A stretch of 64,000 nt of DNA, from the NCBI GenBank assembly GCA_001724265.1, contig MEDY01000297.1, positions 1-64,000 on the forward strand, in the 5' to 3' direction. Under the pieces are notes generated by a model that had not been told where the DNA came from, ran no database searches, and saw only the letters and a program-made list of their open reading frames with translations. The DNA is from Rhizaria sp. SCN 62-66. Lineage: Eukaryota. This document shows, piece by piece, positions 52,201 to 63,510 of this stretch. The translations under genes were made by a program, and so were the position numbers. Each line of letters opens with the position of its first letter. Position 1 is the stretch's first letter.

Positions 52201-54789
52201 ATGAGTGCGCCGAAGGCAAAGGCAAGTGACAAGATCGCTCTGGCGTGGCACTTGCTGACGTCATCGCCCATTCCCGACCGCGGTCTGTCGCAGCTGGCGC
52301 AGGAGCACGACTGGGAGAGCGTCACGGAGCACAACTACTTTGCAACGCTCGCGAAGAACACGCAGATCTCAGCTCAGGGTGCTGATGCGAGCGCGATCTC
52401 TGGCGGTTTAACTACCCCCTTAGTGGTCGACGTGCCCGAGCTGCGCAGCGTGCTGACAAGGCTCGCCGAGTGCGCCGACTGGGCGGCCGCCGTGGCGCCT
52501 GCTTGGCGGCGCGCTGAGCGGCTGCAGCTACAGCAACAGCGGCAACTGCAGCAACGGAGTGAAAGTGCAAAGAATGCAACTGTTGTTGCGGACAACAGTA
52601 GTGGCAGCAGCGCAGCAGCGAACGCCAATGATGGCGTGAGCAGTATCGATGCACTGACTGCGAGTCTCAATGCTTTGTCGCTTAAAAAAGACGAGCAACC
52701 TCCGCAAAGCAGCAACAGCAACACTGACGGCACCGATGTTAAAGCCACGAATCCCATTCCAGCTCTAAGGGCAGTCCCAGCTGCAGCCGTAGCCACAGCA
52801 GTCACCGATCTAGTTACAGCTTCACCTACTCTACCCCACTCCGAGGTCGATCGTTTGCTCTCCAACCACCGACAAGCCACCGCGGCGCAGCTGCGGCCGC
52901 TGCCGCCGACGCAGCGCGCCGCCGCCCGCGCCGCTACCGTGCTGGGGGAGTTTTTCGGCCCCCTGCTTCTGCGTCGCACCAAGGAGAAGGACCTGCAGCG
53001 GCCGCCGGCCCGCCTGGTGACCGTGAGCGTGCGCGGCAGCAGAGCGGAGCGCGCGCTGATGCGCGTAGTCGAGCAGACGTAGTACGAGAACGGCCAGAAG
53101 CAGCTGGCGGCGGCGAGCAAAAGCAGGGGCAATACTAAGAGCAACGGCAGCGCTGCTGGCGGAGTCAGTGTGGGGCTGAGGCTGTCGATGCTGCTGCGTC
53201 GCGTGGCAGCGCACCCTTGGCTGGCTCCGAGCGAGGCCATCGAAGGTGTGATGGCGGTGATTCGCAAGCACAACAGCAAGAACAAGAAGAGCACTGACAC
53301 CAATAAGACTCAAATTGATGTTAACCAGGAGAGCAGTGCAAGCCCCGCGACTAAAGATGCTGCTACTGTTGATTTGACACTTGACGACTTGACGAAACAG
53401 CTTGCTGCACTCTCCGTTAACTCTGTCGAGGCTAAGCCTCCAACTGATGCAGAGACTAAGCCTCCCGTAGCGGTTGGTAGCGGCCGCATCCCACGCAAAG
53501 CCAAAGAGATCGTGGCAGTGCCTGTACCTGAGCTTCCTCCTGTAGCTGTGGCAACAGCTGCCACTGCTGCTACTGCTCCACAGAAGAATGTTAACACTTC
53601 TTCGAAGACCGGTACAACTACCAGCGCAGGCGCAAACACGTCTCTGTCGCAGTCAGACTTGACGTCAGAGTCTCTGTCGCAGTCGCGGTCTACGTCCTCT
53701 CTGTGCCTCCCTGCGTTCTCGACCAAGACCCTGTCCCTGCTGCTGCTGCTCCAGTCCATCGCGCGCCGCGACCGCGGGGCCAAGGTCGTGGTCTTCTCGC
53801 ACTGGACCGCCGTGCTTACAGCGGTGGAGCAGGCGCTTGCCGTGGGCTACGAGGGCAGCGAGCAGGCCAGGAGGGTCTTCGGCGTGGGCGCGGGAGACTG
53901 TGGGCAGGGTGAGCAGTATAGGGAGCGTGAGCAGGGGAAGTCCGCGCTGACGAGTGACTGTGCGCACATGCAGGGGGAATGCGGGCCTGAGTGCGATGAT
54001 GACTGCAACGGTAGCTGCAACTCTAACTCCAGCAAGACTAACGCTAAGAACTCAAAGACAAAGACTGGCAAATGCAAGATCTCTAACGATGATAACTTCG
54101 TTGAGGACGATATAAGTGGCTTCAGCGACATCGACTACAGTAGTGACAGCGATGACGCCGATAACGATGACATTGCCTCCGATACCGTAAGCTCTCGCGC
54201 GAGCTCCAGCAAGAAGAAGACTGCACCGAAGGCTACTGCGACCGCCGCCGCGTCGGCGGCAAAGAAAGAGCAGCAGCAGCGGCGCCAACAGCGGCGGCTG
54301 CAACGCCTGCGCTCTCGCATGTGGTTCACAGCCGCATCTGCCACTAGCACAGCGCCGCTCGACGCAGACAATGACTGCCGAGGCAATAGTGCTACCAACG
54401 GAGTGCGTAACGTGTTTCGCATAGACGGCAGCATGAGCAAGGCCGCTGTCGAGCTCGAGCTCGCCCGCTTTAAGGCCTACAACCACGCCAACCACGCTGA
54501 CGCGGGCGGAGGCGGCAGCAACAGCTCCGCGGTGCTGCTGGTATCGCTCGCAATGGCCGGCGTGGGGCTGAACCTGGTCGAGGCCAGCCACGCAGTGCTG
54601 CTGGAGCCCGCGTGGAACCCTGCCGCGGAGAAGCAGGCCGTGGACCGGGTCAACCGCGTCGGCCAACGGCGCGAAGTGACAGTGTGGCAGCTACGGGCCG
54701 TGCCCGGGGACCTGGCCGCCGTGGAAAGGCAGGGCGGGAAGCGCGGCGCGGCAGCCAGGGCAGTCAAGGCGGCGGTGGGGGGGCAGTGA
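49282..54789 (+). CDS. SNF2-family helicase, Rad5/Rad16/TTF2-like (~1835 aa), with two in-frame TAGs
   Basis: Three same-frame ORFs separated only by TAG at 51418-51420 and 53080-53082. Motifs in order: LLPHQ, GGILADDCGLGKT, TLIVVP, YDIVVVSY, VVLDEAH, TATPYNN, LLRRTK, HPWL, KVVVFSHW, RIDGSM, GVGLNL, WNPAAEKQAVDRVNRVGQ. Stop TGA. Confidence 0.88.
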
Positions 54790-55135
54790 ACGCAGGCAAC
54801 AGAGCAAAGTGTTGTAGGATCAACACATGACACACTTGCTCGATAAAATTATATTTAGGGCCAGTAGTATTTAGAAAATAATTGTTTGTATTATCGTCAG
54901 ATTTGCTGCTCACTTTAGCGCATACGTACTGCGCTTGGAGTGCTGTTTGCATAACTGTCGCGACGTATGCTTGCTTAAATGTGTTTTTGTATTTCTTGCG
55001 TACTTGTGATATACTGACATATATGACATCATATGATACAGCAAAACTAATTAACAACTTGAGCACGGCTGTTGCTATCGAATTCTAAGTGTTACATGTC
55101 CGGGGTGTACAAATGAATTGCCACTTGTAGCGACG

Positions 55136-57529
55136 TTACACAGCCTTGGTAGCCTTGTCGAAGTCCGCGGCGGAGACCTTGGAGAGACTGGCGACGGAGC
55201 CGAAGAGCCAGCTGGTGAAGTCGGGCACGGTCGCGATGGCCATCTTCTCGTCTGGCGAGTGGGCGCCCACGACTGTGAGCGTGGACGGAAGAGGAGGCAA
55301 AACATACGAAACGTAAACAAAAGAAATGATGAAAAAATGGCACAATTAACACAAATAAACGTAGAAAATGTTTTTTTTTTGCATATGAATTAACATTTCG
55401 TATTGAAAATAACATCATATTTCATTTTCTTGGTGATTAGATGATCAAGTCAATGCATTCGCTAGCGGCACGTACTGAGGGGGCCGATGGAGACGGCGTG
55501 GATGTCGGGGTAGACGCTCTTGATGGGTCCGCACTCAAGCCCGGCGTGCACGGAGTACACCTGCGGCGCCGGCAGCGCGGGGAAGAGCTCCTTGTGCGAT
55601 GACAGCACCGAGGCCAGCAGCGGCGACGACATCGCGGGCTCCCACCCGTTGAAGTACGCGAAGGGCTTGGAGATCTTGGCGCCGGCCAGCGTGGCAAGCG
55701 CGCGGAGGCGGCGCGCAGTCTCGTGCAGCTGGAAGTCGGAGAAGGAGCGGTAGAAGCAGTGGATCATGAAGTAGTCGCCCTCGGGGTCCGCCTCGTCGGT
55801 GGTGCCATGGCGGCTCGCGGCCGCAGCCTCCTCGGCGGCGGCGGCCGCGGCGGCCGCGGCGGGCGTGGGGGTAAGGAGGACGATGGAGAGCGCGTTGGAG
55901 GTGTCGACGTCGCCGGCAACCTCAGGGGAGTAGCGGATCACGCCGTGGGGGATGCTCTGCACCAGCGCGGCAGCGCGCGCCGTGCACTCGGTCGTCAGCG
56001 GGCACAGCAGACCCGCAGACTCGGCCGCAGTAGGAGGCGCAGCGGCGGCGGCAGCGGCCACGGGCTCGAGCGGCGCGGCAGTAAGCTGCAGCGTCATGCC
56101 ACAGAGCGCGCGAGCCTTGGCGGGCTCCGACGCGAGGGCCTTGGCCTCCATGCCCGCGGTCGACTGGGCCCCGTAGAGCCCCGCCGAGGCCTCGCCCAGC
56201 TTCGCCTTGGCCTCAGGCAGCAGCGACTCGGTCACAATGCCCGTGAAGAGCGCCGCCGCGGCCGCGGCCACGGACGCGGCGGCCGCGGCGGGCACCACGA
56301 GCGTTGCCGTGGCGTCGCGCGGGATCGCGTTGGGCGCGTTGCCGCCGCTGAAGCTCGCCAGGCCGAGCCCGTTGCCGCTGGCGCCGCTGCTAACGCTCGC
56401 GGTGTAGGCCTCGGTGGCCTCGCCGATGAGGCGGGCCATGACCTGGATGGCGTTGGCGCGCGCGGAGGCGGCGTCGACGCCGGTGTGGCCGCCCGCGAAG
56501 CCCGAGAGCGCGAGCGTAAGCGCGACCGCGTCCGTCTCAGCCGCCGCTGCCGGCACCGCGAAGGCGGCCGTGGCGGCGGCCGTGGCGGTGGCGGCCGTGG
56601 TGTGCGCGTCGACGGTGACGGCACCGAGCTTGCCGGCGGCGGCGGCGGTCTTATAGGTGGTAGCGACGCGGGCGAGGGGCATGAAAAGCTTGCTCTCCAT
56701 GCCGCCCGCGCAGCCGACGCACACGCAGTGGTCCTCTTCGCTGTCGACGTTGAGCAGCGCCTGCGCGGTGAGGAAGGGCGCGGGCGCAAGGTTGAGCGCG
56801 CCGCCCATCGTCGTCTCCTCCTCGACAGTGAAGAGGCACTCGAGGGGGCCGTGGGCGACCACAGACGCGTCGGCCTCGAGCAGCGCCAGCGCGGCCGCCA
56901 CGCCGATGCCGTCGTCGGCACCCAGCGTGGTGCCCGCGGCCTGGACCCACTGGCCGTCGGCCGTCACGTCGGCGAGGATTGGGTCCGTGTCGAAGCAGTG
57001 GGTCGAGTCCATGGTCTTGCTAGTCACCATGTCGATGTGGCTCTGCACCGCGATGCGCACAGACGACTCGAAGCCCGGCGATGCGGGCTTGCGGACAAGG
57101 ATGTTGCCCGCGGCGTCGACGCTGAAGGGCAGGCTCAGCGCGGTCGCGACCTCCTCGATCTGGGGCGATGTGAAACAAGCGATAGTGAAGAGAAGAAGCA
57201 TGAAGTGTTGTTAAGATATGTTTCTGTGATGAAAGAAGCGCTTAAGACTAAGCCTATATACTATATTATGAACCTGGTGTGATCTAAAGTGCGCGATCGT
57301 GTGCAGCGCTAGATGCAGCATTAGCATAGTTTGCGGTGCGTTTACGTACCTTCTTGCGCATGGCGTCCTCCTTGTGCGAGGGACGGGGCGTGTCGAAGCA
57401 GAGGAACATGTACTTCCACACGTTGTACAGCGGGGTGCCCTCCTGTGCCGCGGGCACAATACGCGAGAACACGCCCTGGGAGCGGGCCGTCAGCAGCGAA
57501 GACGCGGACAACGCCGGGATAGACGACAT
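55136..57529 (-). CDS. pepD: M20 family aminoacyl-histidine dipeptidase, PepD-like
   Basis: Exons 57529-57350, 57159-55476 and 55272-55136. Motifs PRPSHKE, QSHIDMV, GTTLGADDGIG, EEETTMGGA, NVDSEED, HAGLECG and SIGP..GAHSPDE. Stop TAA. Confidence 0.88.
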
Positions 57530-58037
57530 CTAAGAGAGAGCATCGAGAGTGATGGGGACAGGAGATGAGGTAAGCATTCAAGACACGCCTACAGGTAGAT
57601 ATATAGCAAATCTTGCAGGCGCAATTTTGTGATAGTAACTTTTAGCAGACTTATAATCTTGATGTCGCTAGAATATGCGCAGCTACGATCAGAATAGTGA
57701 GATTACACCTTGGCAAGTAAGCCGGCGGAGACTCGGCAGATGCGCAGTCGGCGACATGATGTCGGACTTGACTTTAAAAACATCTGAAAAGTGTTGCTAT
57801 ACTCCGTTAACAGGGCCAGTGCCGCATTATCATAATTTTTCTTGGGGCTTATATATTATACCCGATTTATACTTTCTCCAGATCTCATATAGTGCCTTAG
57901 GCAGACCTTGCCGTAGACACTGCCGACAGTCGCAATAACGGGTGTCTGAAGTTCGTGGTGTGCGCAGGTCGGCGACCATAGTAGCAACCTCAACGCTCGT
58001 CTCGTCTTACCGCGTCACTACTTAACGTGTTGGTGAA

Positions 58038-60050
58038 ATGCGCCCGCTGCTGCAGCCCGGCTCGGCGCTCGCCAAGCGCCTCCGCACCCTCCACAAGGCC
58101 AAGGGTCGCCAGGCACAAAGTACGCACGCAAACCAAGCGAAAACGTTCCCTGATGATCGATCTAAATCACAACCTCTTGCTGTTACACTGCTTTCATATT
58201 ATTTACAACATTAACTTGTATTTGCCTGTTCACTCCTGACGTGTCTTCTAACTTTCATGACTGCCTACGCATTCTGCTCCGATTGCTGCTCTGTTCTTAC
58301 GACTGCTGCTGCTGCGTGTTTGCAGGCAGCTTCCTCGTCGAGGGCCGCAAGACCATCGAGCACTTTATGTCCCGCCGCGGCGCTCCGCGCACGCTGCTGC
58401 TGGGCCAGGAGCAGCTTGCTGTGCTGGCCGCCGCCGCCTTTCCAGAGCACTCGCCCCCAAGCAGCCATAACTACAACAACGACAACCACCGGGAAAACAG
58501 TGCGACTGCGACGAGCGCGAGTGACCGCGCGCCCCCGCCGTCGCTCTCGGCCTCGGTCTTGGCCGCGTCGGCGCCCGTCAAGCAGCTGTGGCGCGCGGCG
58601 CTGCCCGGGGCCGTGGTCGCCTCGAGCCAGGCGCTCGAGCGGTGCTCGCATGCGCAGACCGCCTCGGGGTTTCTCGCGGAGTTCGCCCTCCTGCCCACGG
58701 TCACGCGCGTGTACGCAGTCGCGGGCCGCAGCCACACCAGCAGCAGCAGCGACGACGGCTGTGGCCCTAGAGGCGGTGACAGCGAGTACGCCGATGCGAA
58801 CGACGGCGACGATACCACTGTCAACACCGTGAGCAGCCGGGGCGATGGTGACTTCGTGCCCACATACGCGCTCCCGTTTCCCCCTCTTGCAGCAGTTTCT
58901 CCTGTCAACAATTGCGAAACCAAACTCAAGCTCGACAAGAGCTCTCAGGACGTTATCCCAGTCCCCACCGACCCCACCACAGCGACATCCACAGCAGACG
59001 CAGCGTCGCCGCCGCCGCGGTGGGACTGGGCGGCGGGCGGGCTCGTGCTAGCGGGTGTGGCGGACCCCGGCAACGCGGGCACGCTTATCCGCACCGCGGT
59101 TGCGCTGGGCAGGCCACAGGTACGCCAGCGAAGACGCACACACACACACACACAATATCCCGCACTGTCATGTCACTGTACTTAATTTGTTTCTGTTTTT
59201 GCCTCTCGTACGAGCCATCGTCTTATTTTGATTGCGTTTTCTCGTTGCTCATATTGATCTCATTGTGATCTGTTCCTGCTGCCATCGCCTTCATATGTTC
59301 CCATCTGTTCTCATGTGTTCTCTCGCGCGTGTGCCCGTGCAGGTGCTGCTGCTGGACTGCGTGGACGTCTACAACAGCAAGGTCGTTCAGTCCACTGTGG
59401 GCGCCCTCGCCGACGCCGTCGTCGTCGAAGGCAGTGTAAAGGGCTTCGTGGGGTACTTAGACGGCCTCAGTCGCGGGAACAAGAACAGCAGCGAAGACAA
59501 CACTCTGCAAAGCGGCGAGAGTGAAAACGCCGACTCAGCGATGACCGATGCTGAGCAGCCCAGAGCTGCCTGTGCTGGCGCTGGCGAGCGCGTGCGTGCC
59601 CCGCTCGCGCCCTATGTGGTTTCGCTGGTGCCCGACGCCGCGGTCGACCTCACCGCGCTGCCCCCCGTGCTCGCCGCACACCACAGCGCACGCAACAGCG
59701 CACGCAACAGCGCCGGCGACAGCGTAGGCAACGGCAGTCGCGAGAGCGAGCGCAGCGCGGCGGTGCGGCGGCCGTGGGTTGTGGTGGGGTCCGAGGCGCA
59801 CGGCGTGCCGCTGGCGCTGCAGCGCGCGGGCACGGCGTGTGCACGCATCACCATGGCCAGCCCGGACTCGCACCACAACGGCGCGCCTGCCGCTGCCACT
59901 GCCACTGGCACCGCGAGTGCGAGTCTGAATGCGACTGGCCTCGGTCTGGCGGGGGCGGTGGGCTCGCTCAACGCGTCAGTGGCCGGGGCCATCGCCTGCT
60001 ACATCGTCGCGCGGGCCGAGGCGGGCCACGCGGGCGCGCGCGTCGTGTGA
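58038..60050 (+). CDS. SpoU/TrmH-family RNA 2'-O-methyltransferase
   Basis: Exons 58038-58119, 58326-59119 and 59343-60050. Motifs FLVEG, DPGNAGTLIRTA, DVYNSKVVQSTVGA, VVGSEAHGV and SLNASVAGAI. Stop TGA. Confidence 0.88.
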
Positions 60051-60882
60051 TGCTCGCGCGGATGGAGCGGAACTATTCGCTAAGATCATTAGTCACATGG
60101 TATTGCAAATGTCTATGAAGCGAGTTGTCATTAGCACGGATGTGCACGCCTCGTTGGCACGAATGGCGCTCAAATGCGGCGACGGTGAGACTGTGGAGGA
60201 AGTGAATGTTGCGGGTATTTATTCAGATGAAGATTTTCGTGATGCTAGTCTTTGTGCTAGAAGATTCAAAACGACGATTTACCCATCTTAAGAGGTCATC
60301 GTTCATCAAATATTTTTGACTCACCTCACTTAATTCCTGTACGTAGTACGTACAGTACATACAATTTTCAATGTTTACATGACTTGCCTACAGGCAACCA
60401 CTGCTCACCTAAGCTTCATTCACTCGAGTAAACTCGATCCAGGATATTTATCCAAATCTAGCCATGTCGCTCCTCATTTTGTGAATTGATAACATAACTG
60501 CACCATTTGATTGTGTGATGTAGGACAAAGGAACACACGGGAGCGAGACAATTAGCTTAAAAGGATTACTACCAGTGTGTGCGAGCCACAGCAGCCCTGT
60601 CTGTATCGGGTGTCTCTGTTGAACATCGTGTATCTTTCGCTTCTAATCGTCAAATGGGAAATAAATATTGGAAGTTGATTTTAGCCGCTAATTTGATACT
60701 GTTTTGTTTTTATATCAAACGAAAAACTGCCTCTCTGGTCTAAAAATCTCGCACTGCAATCCACTCACTCACCGTCCGTCTCGAGCTATCTTCTCCCGCG
60801 CTCTATACCACTATCATATCGCTTTGCATTTCTTTTAAATCGTGGTTTTTGGTGTATTCCTGTGTGGATTTCTGCAGACTAT

Positions 60883-63510
60883 ATGTCTAGTGAAACAGAC
60901 AAGTCTTCTCTACTCGAGCCACACCAGCTCGAAATCCCTACGCACTCAGCGGACAGCGAAACGTGCGACGTCCAGCCCGCGCTCGCCTCTGCCTCCACCG
61001 AGAACAGCGCCGACGCGGACACAGACCCCGACACTGATGTGTCCGTCGTGCCCGCCTCAGCCTCGACCTTGTTTCCGCCGCGCGCGTACGCGGCCGTGGT
61101 GCCGCGCCTACGCTTCCCGCGCTACGTGCACGGGCTCTTCTTCGCCGCGCACCTCGACGACCCGCCCGCGGCGTACCTCTCGCTGTGGCCGCACCGCCTC
61201 ACGCTGCTGCACTTCGCGCTTGCGGGGCTCGACGCGTTGGGCCAGCTTGACCTCCATGTGCCTCCCGGCAGCGCGCGCAGGGCTGAGATCGTCGAGTGGG
61301 TCTACAAACTGCAGGCCGGCGCAGCCAGCAGTGGCAGCAGCGGCGACGGCGGCTGCAGCAGCCACAGCGGGAGCAGCGGCGCTGAGGGCACCGTTGCCGA
61401 CAAGACGACTGGTAACTCTTGCATTGCTAGCGGCATGCTTGGCGACGGCATCAGCGCTGGCAGCAACGGCAACGCTCACAGTGCGTACACTGACAGCGTA
61501 GCTAGCCCGGTGACTGTGAGCCCATACGAACGCTTCCGCGCACTCGGCGGCTTTCGGGGCGCTCCGCTGATGCAGGGCGTTTACGGCAACAGCTCTAGCA
61601 CCCCAACCAATGCTGCCGCTATCCCACAACCGCAGCCGCAGCCGCAACCCCCCTGCGCACAGGCGTCGTCGTAGTCCGCCGGCTCGCCGTGCTGCCCACC
61701 GCCGCCGTCACCGTCTGCGCTGTACCTGGACGTGTCGACGCTGCCGTCGACATACAGCGCGCTCTGCGTGCTCAGCATCCTGGGTGACCCGCTCGACCGC
61801 GTGCGCCGCGCGCCGCTGGCCGCGCTGCTCCGCGCCTGCATACTGCGCAGCCGCAGCGGGGCCCGCGCCAGCGCTGGCGCGGTCGCCGATCCGAACTCGA
61901 TGGTTAGCAGGAGCAGTGGTGCGAGAGTTAGCGTGGAGAGCGCTGCTGACTCTGGTGACGCCGCGCAGTATGATTGCGACGCCGACGTAGACGCCGACGC
62001 AGACTACACCGACTTCAGCGACAGTGGCAGTGGCAGTGACAGTTGCAGCGACGGCGGCGGCGACAGCGATAATGTCCGTGATAATGAGGGCTCGAGTGCT
62101 CAGATGAATGATACCAAGACGAAGAGTCCCCGTGCTTCAAAGTCGACCTCTGAAAAGACCCCTGCGCCAGTGCAAGTGTTCAGCTCGCCGCTGCACGAAG
62201 AGGCGGACGTGCGGTTTGTCTACTGCGTGTGTGCGATTGCGCAGCTCGCAGACGCCGCCGCGCAGCGCAGCATCGCGCGCGACGCGGCACTGCGCGCCGC
62301 GACTGCAGCACAAAGTCCATAGCAGCGCGCAAGCGCGAGTACTATTACTAATGGTAGTGACGGTGACTATGCCAGCGGCGTGTCAGTGTGGGCCTCGGTG
62401 CCACTGCGCCCCCTCGCGGCTTATATTCGGTCGCTGCAGACCAGGGACGGCGGGCTCGCGCTTCTGCCTGCTGACAACGACAATAGTAGCGGCCACAGCA
62501 GTGACCGCTCCAACGACACATATGGATTTGATTCCCTCGCTGCTGTTGGGAAGCAGTTTTACGACTGCGACGTTGATGATGACACTAACAGTGCGAACGG
62601 CGGTCGTCGCGACTGCTGCTGGCAATCTCCACTTCCCTCCGCCGCTCACTCTGCTGCTGCTGCAACTTTCCACAGTACGACATACACGTGCACCGTGCCT
62701 CTCGGCCTGTACCAGCGGCTGCCGCGCCCGCTGCTGGCGCCCGTCAGCCTCGAGGGCCACGGCGGCTCTACCTACACTGGGCTCGCCGCGCTCACGCTGC
62801 TCGGGATGCGCGCGCGTGCACTGCGGCGGGGCGGGAAGCGGCGCACGCAGAGGCGGACGCCGCAGCAGCGCGAGCAAGCGGATGAACAGCCGCGGCCCCG
62901 CGCTGCGTCCGCCGGCCGCAGCACCGTCTCGCTGCCGCGCGGCCTGCTGCCCGCGGCGGCGGCACGCGCGGCGCTGCGGTGGGCGAGTCTGCGGCAGGGC
63001 GATGGCTTCAGCGGGCGCGTGGGCAAGGCGCCCGACAGCTGCTATGCCTTCTGGGTCGGCGCGTCGCTGCACCTGCTCGCGGGCACCGACGCCGCGGGCC
63101 GGCCGCGGCTGCGCACGCAGCGCACAGCTGGCAATCGCGCGTTTGTGGTGCGCGCGTGTGAGGGTGCGCGGGCGGGGTTCGGCCGCGACGCCGAGTCGGG
63201 CGCCGAGGTGTACCACAGCCACTACGCCGTCGCGGGGCTGGCGCTGATGCAGGCCGAGGACGGGCGCGACGCCAACAACGAGTGCGCGCACGGCTGCGAC
63301 GACGAACCGTGCGCGCGGTGCGAAAGCGGCTGTGAACAGGACGACGACGGCGACGGTGACGAAGAGGACGAGGACGAGCACCGGGCGGCGCACTGGCGTC
63401 TGGCCCCGATCGACCCCGTGCTGGGCATCTCGCGCCGCGCCGCGGGCACCGAGGGCGTCGCCTACCCGGGGCTGCTGCCGCGGGGCGACATCGAGCTCCA
63501 GTTTGAGTGA
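60883..63510 (+). CDS. PGGT1B: Geranylgeranyltransferase type I beta subunit (~875 aa), with two in-frame TAGs
   Basis: Single frame with TAG at 61672-61674 and 62320-62322. Motifs RLTLLHFALAGLDAL, IVEWVYKLQ, GGFRG, TYSALCVLSILGD, DVRFVYC, EGHGGSTY, GFSGRVGKAPDSCYAFWVG and YHSHY. Stop TGA. Confidence 0.85.

Noticed and set aside
51380-53170. TAG-containing stretches as unrecognised introns
   Set aside because: Introns here are AT-rich with GTACG-type donors and pyrimidine tracts. The TAG surroundings are GC-rich, keep the frame and run into motif sequence such as YDIVVVSY.
55462-55464. TAG apparently ending PepD (likewise ORF-track TAG ends at 17849 and 42638)
   Set aside because: These TAGs are inside introns. 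The spliced genes end in TAA.
40025-62322. Four independent pseudogenes with CAG>TAG nonsense mutations
   Set aside because: Not favoured: seven TAGs but no read-through TAA/TGA, intact catalytic motifs and no TAG among 16 real stops. It is not fully excluded, given the one frame break at the PARG locus.
40025-62322. Pyrrolysine or selenocysteine recoding, or the ciliate TAR=Gln code
   Set aside because: The TAGs sit in non-catalytic linkers, two of them in a Gln repeat. Sec uses TGA. TAA clearly terminates genes such as RPL11, NOB1 and TVP23.
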